NCBI GenBank assembly: GCA_003221005.1
Contig: QHTZ01000079.1
Coordinates: 1 to 64,000 of the forward strand
Reading direction: 5' to 3'
Source of the DNA: Gemmatimonadota bacterium
GTDB lineage: Bacteria > Gemmatimonadota > Gemmatimonadetes > Gemmatimonadales > GWC2-71-9
Length of the DNA: 64,000 bases
Below the pieces are notes generated by a model that saw only the letters and a list, made by a program, of their open reading frames with translations, was not told where the DNA came from and made no database searches. Below, piece after piece: positions 60,037 to 64,000 of this stretch (position 1 is its first letter; each line of letters begins with the position of its first letter). The position numbers were made by a program, and so were the translations under genes.

Positions 60037-60826
60037 GCATCACCTCCGTAGGGGCCTGAGCCTCGGGGAAGAATCGTCCGAACGCCGCGACGCCCTGCTG
60101 GAGCAGCATTTCCCGGCCGTCCTGTGCCGCCACGCCAGCCGTGCGGAGCGTGCGCACCCACCGCGTCTCCCCCGCGGCGTAGACGAGGTCGAGGGCGGCG
60201 CGCAGCCGCGGGGCCTTGGCGGGCTCGAGCGGCAGGGGATCGCCCTCCCTAAGGCCCAGCGGCGTCGTGTTGATCGCCACGTCCGTCTCGAGGGCGCCGC
60301 GCGCCGCGCGGGCCTGCGCGCCGCGACTCGTGGCCCAGGCGGCGAACGTCTGGGCGCGCGCCGCGTCGCGCGACAGCACTTGGAGCTCGGCCCGCGCCTG
60401 CGCTGCCGCGACGGCGATGGCGCGGGCCGCGCCCCCGGTACCGATCACCAGCCAGCGGTCGGCGCCGTCCGCTCCGAGCTGCTTGAGCGAGGCGAGTACC
60501 CCCGCGACGTCCGTGTTGTCGCCCACGAGCGTCCCCTGCTCGCTCCAGAACGTATTGCACGCGCCCACGCGGGCGCACAGATCCGTTTTCCGCGTGAGGC
60601 ATCGTTCCGCCGCCTCTTTGTGCGGCACGGTCACGTTCCCTGCTGCTCCCACCGCCGCGCAGGCGGAGAGCAACGCCGGCAGCGCGGTGGCGGGACACCG
60701 CAGTGCCACGTAGACGGCGTCGATCCCCAGCGCGCGGAACGCGGCGTTGTGCATCGCGGGAGACAGCGAGTGTTCGACGGGATCGCCGATCACCGCCAGG
60801 AGGCGGGTGCTAGCGCTGATCTCCAC
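60005..60826 (-). CDS. aroE: Shikimate dehydrogenase
   Basis: HSLSPAMHN, NVTVPHK, GDNTD, GTGGAARA, DGREMLLQQG. Confidence 0.95.
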   Translation of the reverse strand: MEISASTRLLAVIGDPVEHSLSPAMHNAAFRALGIDAVYVALRCPATALPALLSACAAVGAAGNVTVPHKEAAERCLTRKTDLCARVGACNTFWSEQGTLVGDNTDVAGVLASLKQLGADGADRWLVIGTGGAARAIAVAAAQARAELQVLSRDAARAQTFAAWATSRGAQARAARGALETDVAINTTPLGLREGDPLPLEPAKAPRLRAALDLVYAAGETRWVRTLRTAGVAAQDGREMLLQQGVAAFGRFFPEAQAPTEVMRAALARELRR

Positions 60827-61286
60827 GGCCCGCCTCCGTGACGATGCGGTCCACCGCCGCGGCGACGAGCGTCGCGAGCTCGGTACAGGTGTCGCGATAC
60901 ACGTCGAGGTCGCCGCCGAACGGGTCGCTGACTTCGGCCCCCTCGGGTCCGCGACCCACGTACTCGCCGATCACGAACACCCGTCCCTCACCACCCAGCT
61001 CGTCCACACGCGCGCGGTGGTGGCGTGCCATCGTGAGAATGAGATCGGACTGCTCGACCAGATCCCGCGTGAGCAGACGGGCGCGGTGACCGGAGAGATC
61101 GAGCCCTTGCTCCAGCCCTACCAGGTAGGCGCCCTCCGACGCCGGCGCGCCGTCCCAGGCCCCGGTGCCCGCGGAGGACACCTCGATCCCGTCCACCGCC
61201 CGCTCGGCGAGCGCGCGCTGCATCAGCGCCGCTGCGAGCGGGCTGCGGCAAATGTTTCCGGTGCATACCAAGAGAATCTTTTTCAT
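60810..61286 (-). CDS. Low-molecular-weight protein phosphatase (YwlE-like context)
   Basis: VCTGNICRS P-loop, SAGT, DPFGG; directly downstream of tsaC. Confidence 0.9.
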   Translation of the reverse strand: MKKILLVCTGNICRSPLAAALMQRALAERAVDGIEVSSAGTGAWDGAPASEGAYLVGLEQGLDLSGHRARLLTRDLVEQSDLILTMARHHRARVDELGGEGRVFVIGEYVGRGPEGAEVSDPFGGDLDVYRDTCTELATLVAAAVDRIVTEAGRGDQR

Positions 61287-61290
61287 CGAA

Positions 61291-61944
61291 TCATGGCGCC
61301 AGCCGCCCCGCCGTGCGTCGCAGGTCCGCCAGCGTGAGCGCCCCCTCGCGCACGAGGCGCGGCGTCGGCCGCGTGCAGTCAACCACGGTGGAAGGGGGGG
61401 AGTTCCCGAGGACCCCGCCGTCCAACACGAGCAGCGTCCCGTCGGCCACGGCCCAGCCGAAGTCGCGGACGATCGCCGCGGCGCCAGGCGCCGGCGGCAT
61501 GCCCGGGAGGTTGGCCGAGGTGGAGGTGAGGGGCTCGCCCAACGCCGCCACGAGCCGCGCAGTTCCGTGATGCGAGGTCCAGCGCACCGCGATTCCGCCC
61601 TCGGGCCCGCGAAGCTCGTTGGGGAGCCGTCCTCCGCCCCCCGGCAGCACCAGTGTGAGCGGGCCGGGCCAGAACGCCCGCGCGAGCGCGTTCGCCGCTT
61701 CGCTGAAGGCGAGCCCGTGCGCCTCCGCCATGGAGCGGTCGCTCACGAGCAGAAGGAAAGGCTTGTCGGCCCGCCGACCCTTGAGGCGGGCGAGCGCCAG
61801 CACGTCGGGGAGCCGGGCGCGCGAGCCGAGGCCGTACACGGTTTCGGTGGGATAGGCGAGCAGGCCGCCGGAGCGGAGGTGGGCCACGATGCTCGGCAAG
61901 GCGGCGTCGATCTCGTCGGCGCGTGCGAAGGGAAGCGGGTTCAC
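61291..61944 (-). CDS. tsaC: L-threonylcarbamoyladenylate synthase (TsaC/Sua5)
   Basis: YPTETVYGL, KGR...KP, FWPGPLT, STSAN, PSTVVD, REGA. Confidence 0.95.
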   Translation of the reverse strand: MNPLPFARADEIDAALPSIVAHLRSGGLLAYPTETVYGLGSRARLPDVLALARLKGRRADKPFLLLVSDRSMAEAHGLAFSEAANALARAFWPGPLTLVLPGGGGRLPNELRGPEGGIAVRWTSHHGTARLVAALGEPLTSTSANLPGMPPAPGAAAIVRDFGWAVADGTLLVLDGGVLGNSPPSTVVDCTRPTPRLVREGALTLADLRRTAGRLAP

Positions 61945-62648
61945 CGCAGCTCACGCGCTAGCGCCTCAGCGATGCGGAAATCGTCGCTCGTCGTCACCTT
62001 CAGGTTGTGTGGGGAGTCCGCCACCACTTCCACCGCGAAGCCGGCGCGCTCGCACAGCTCCGCGTCGTCGGTGGGGAGGGCGTTGTCGCCCCGCAGCCGG
62101 CTGTAGGCCTGCTCCAGCATGCTCCGGGGGAAGCCCTGCGGCGTTTGCGCCCGCCACAGACGGTCGCGTGCCACGGTGTGTGCGACGCGGTTCCCGTCCA
62201 CCACTTCCTTGATCGTGTCGCTCATCGGCACCGCCGCGGCGGCGCCCACGCCGGCGCGGGCGCGGGCGATCACCTCATCGATCGTCTCACGGCTCACGAA
62301 GGGACGCGCGGCGTCGTGGATGAGGACTACGGTCGTTTCGACGGTGAGCGCCGCCAGTCCCGCGCGCACGGAGTCCGGGCGCGTGGCGCCTCCCGTCACG
62401 AGCGCCAGCCGCTCGCCCCGCAGCTTGCCGAGCCACTCCGGTGGCCGCTCGGCGAACCCGGGGGGGAGTGCGACCACGACCTGCCCGACGTCGGGATGCG
62501 ACGTGAACGGCCGCAGGGCCCGCAGCAACATCGGAATGCCGAAGATGGAGCGGAACTGCTTCGGGTCGCCGGGGCCGGCCCGCACCCCCGCGCCCGCGGC
62601 GACGACGATCACCCCGACCTCAGGCAGCGAGCTGGCCGGCGAGCTCAC
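61941..62648 (-). CDS. ispD: 2-C-methyl-D-erythritol 4-phosphate cytidylyltransferase
   Basis: AAGAG.R...PKQF, IHDAARPF, QTPQGF, TDDA, N.KVT; start uncertain. Confidence 0.95.
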   Translation of the reverse strand: MSSPASSLPEVGVIVVAAGAGVRAGPGDPKQFRSIFGIPMLLRALRPFTSHPDVGQVVVALPPGFAERPPEWLGKLRGERLALVTGGATRPDSVRAGLAALTVETTVVLIHDAARPFVSRETIDEVIARARAGVGAAAAVPMSDTIKEVVDGNRVAHTVARDRLWRAQTPQGFPRSMLEQAYSRLRGDNALPTDDAELCERAGFAVEVVADSPHNLKVTTSDDFRIAEALARELR

Positions 62649-63981
62649 CGATCCCTGCCATCCCCACGACTACGATGCCTTCCGCCGCGACGGACGAGCG
62701 CGCCGACACAAACGCGCGGTGGAACCCCTGTCGCGCGGCCTCGGCGAGTCGCCGCTCGATCGCGGCCACCGGCCGGATCTCGCCACCCAGGCCCACCTCG
62801 CCCAGGAACAGCGCATCGGCGGGGACCGGTCGGTTGGCCACGCTCGACACCAGAGCCGCGGTCACGGCCAGGTCGGTGGACGGCTCGAGCAGTCGCACGC
62901 CACCCGTCACGTTGACGAACACGTCCAGATCCCGGAACGGCATCCCGCCGCGCCGCTCGAGCACCGCGAGCAGCAGCGCGAGGCGGCGGTGGTCGAGGCC
63001 CGTGGCCACGCGCTGCGGCGTCCCGAATCCGGCCTTGGTCGCGAGCGCTTGGACCTCGACCAGCATCGGCCGCGTGCCCTCCATCAGGGCCGTGACCGCG
63101 GAGCCCGAAATTCCGGTCACCCGGCTCGCGAGGAACGCGGCCGCCGGCTCCGCCACCGGCTCGAGCCCCGACCCGGTCATGCGGAACACGCCCACTTCGT
63201 CCACCGACCCGAAGCGATTCTTTACCGCGCGCAGGATGCGGTGGTCGAGGCTGCTCTCGCCCTCGAAGTAGAGTACGGTGTCCACGATGTGCTCGAGGGT
63301 CCGTGGGCCCGCGATGCCCCCGTCCTTGGTGACGTGGCCCACGAGCAGCACGGCGGGCCCCGATTCCTTGGCGAACCGCATGAGTCGCGCGGCGCACTCG
63401 CGCACCTGGCCAACGTTGCCGGGCGCGCCCTCCAACGCCTCGGTGTAGCTGGTCTGGATCGAGTCCAGGAACAGCACGCGCGCGCCGAGCGCCGCCGCGT
63501 GATGCAGGATGGCCTCGAGCCGGGTTTCGCCGAGCACGTGCACCTGGCCGGGGTCGTCCGCGAGGCGATCGGCGCGGAGACGCAGCTGCTCGGGGGATTC
63601 CTCGCCCGACACGTACAGCGTCGTGACGCCGGCGCGCTCGAGGCGGGCGGCGCACTGCAGCAGCAGCGTCGATTTCCCGATCCCCGGCTCGCCGCCGACC
63701 AGGACGACAGATCCGGGGACCACGCCCCCGCCGAGCACGAAGTCGAACTCGGCGAGGCCCGTCCGCCACCGCCCTACCCCGCCCCCTTCTACGGCGGACA
63801 GGCGGACGGGCGGTCTGCCGGTCAGATCACCGGACCGCCCGACCGCCCGACCGCCTGGCCGCCCCGTGGGCTCTTCAACCAGGGTGTTCCAGGCCCCACA
63901 CGCGTCGCAGCGCCCGCCCCATTTGGGCTGCTCCGCACCGCACTCGCTGCACCGGAACACCGAGCCAGCCTTAGCTGCCAC
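62620..63981 (-). CDS. radA: DNA repair protein RadA/Sms
   Basis: CSECG...CDAC, GGEPGIGKST, KNRFG, GEVGLGGE. Confidence 0.97.
   Translation of the reverse strand: MAAKAGSVFRCSECGAEQPKWGGRCDACGAWNTLVEEPTGRPGGRAVGRSGDLTGRPPVRLSAVEGGGVGRWRTGLAEFDFVLGGGVVPGSVVLVGGEPGIGKSTLLLQCAARLERAGVTTLYVSGEESPEQLRLRADRLADDPGQVHVLGETRLEAILHHAAALGARVLFLDSIQTSYTEALEGAPGNVGQVRECAARLMRFAKESGPAVLLVGHVTKDGGIAGPRTLEHIVDTVLYFEGESSLDHRILRAVKNRFGSVDEVGVFRMTGSGLEPVAEPAAAFLASRVTGISGSAVTALMEGTRPMLVEVQALATKAGFGTPQRVATGLDHRRLALLLAVLERRGGMPFRDLDVFVNVTGGVRLLEPSTDLAVTAALVSSVANRPVPADALFLGEVGLGGEIRPVAAIERRLAEAARQGFHRAFVSARSSVAAEGIVVVGMAGIGELAGQLAA
63793..63864. repeat. Palindromic octamer-repeat element (GGCGGWCN)x4 / (GACCGCCC)x4 in the radA linker
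   Basis: ggcggaca-ggcggacg-ggcggtct-gccggtca, 8-nt spacer, gaccgccc-gaccgccc-gaccgcct-ggccgccc. Confidence 0.75.
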
Positions 63982-64000
63982 GGGTCGCCTCAGGCGGCGC

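Overview
High-GC (~70%) bacterial chromosome segment. Gene order and protein style suggest Gemmatimonadota (inference), possibly from a metagenome assembly. It has four parts. (1) 1-5.2 kb is an accessory run of small minus-strand genes (SRPBCC, TfoX-N, BBE-like flavoenzyme, LprI-like, VOC, hypotheticals) separated by eroded attC-like motifs, read here as a decayed integron cassette array with no integrase in view. (2) 5.3-37.6 kb is one tightly packed minus-strand run: nuoA-N, PMM/PGM, UPF0182, carbamate kinase, sucCD, a PTS-EIIA/CBS fusion, ndk, yceD-rpmF-plsX-fabHDG-acpP-fabF, mqnE-mqnA-mqnC, purE, ispF, dedA. (3) 37.7-49.9 kb holds dcd, a Pgi-like gene, an M28 peptidase, a hybrid histidine kinase, NDH-2, ybjQ and sdhCAB. 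(4) 49.9-64 kb is a minus-strand run: radA-ispD-tsaC-LMW phosphatase-aroE-comF-gap-pgk-tpiA-secG-carA, HU, M61 peptidase, moaD-moaE-moaA-mdh. Best leads: palindromic 7/8-mer tandem-repeat elements inserted in frame into comF and radA (related repeats in mqnE and moaD); a MoaD whose C-terminal GG is masked by 16 extra residues; a PTS-EIIA-CBS fusion among substrate-level phosphorylation genes; a CX5CX2C MqnE; a CTG-initiated dedA; several near-leaderless promoters; and recurrent short internal deletions in otherwise intact genes, which may be assembly artefacts. No tRNA, rRNA, CRISPR array or transposase was recognised. All family assignments come from motif recognition, not from database searches.
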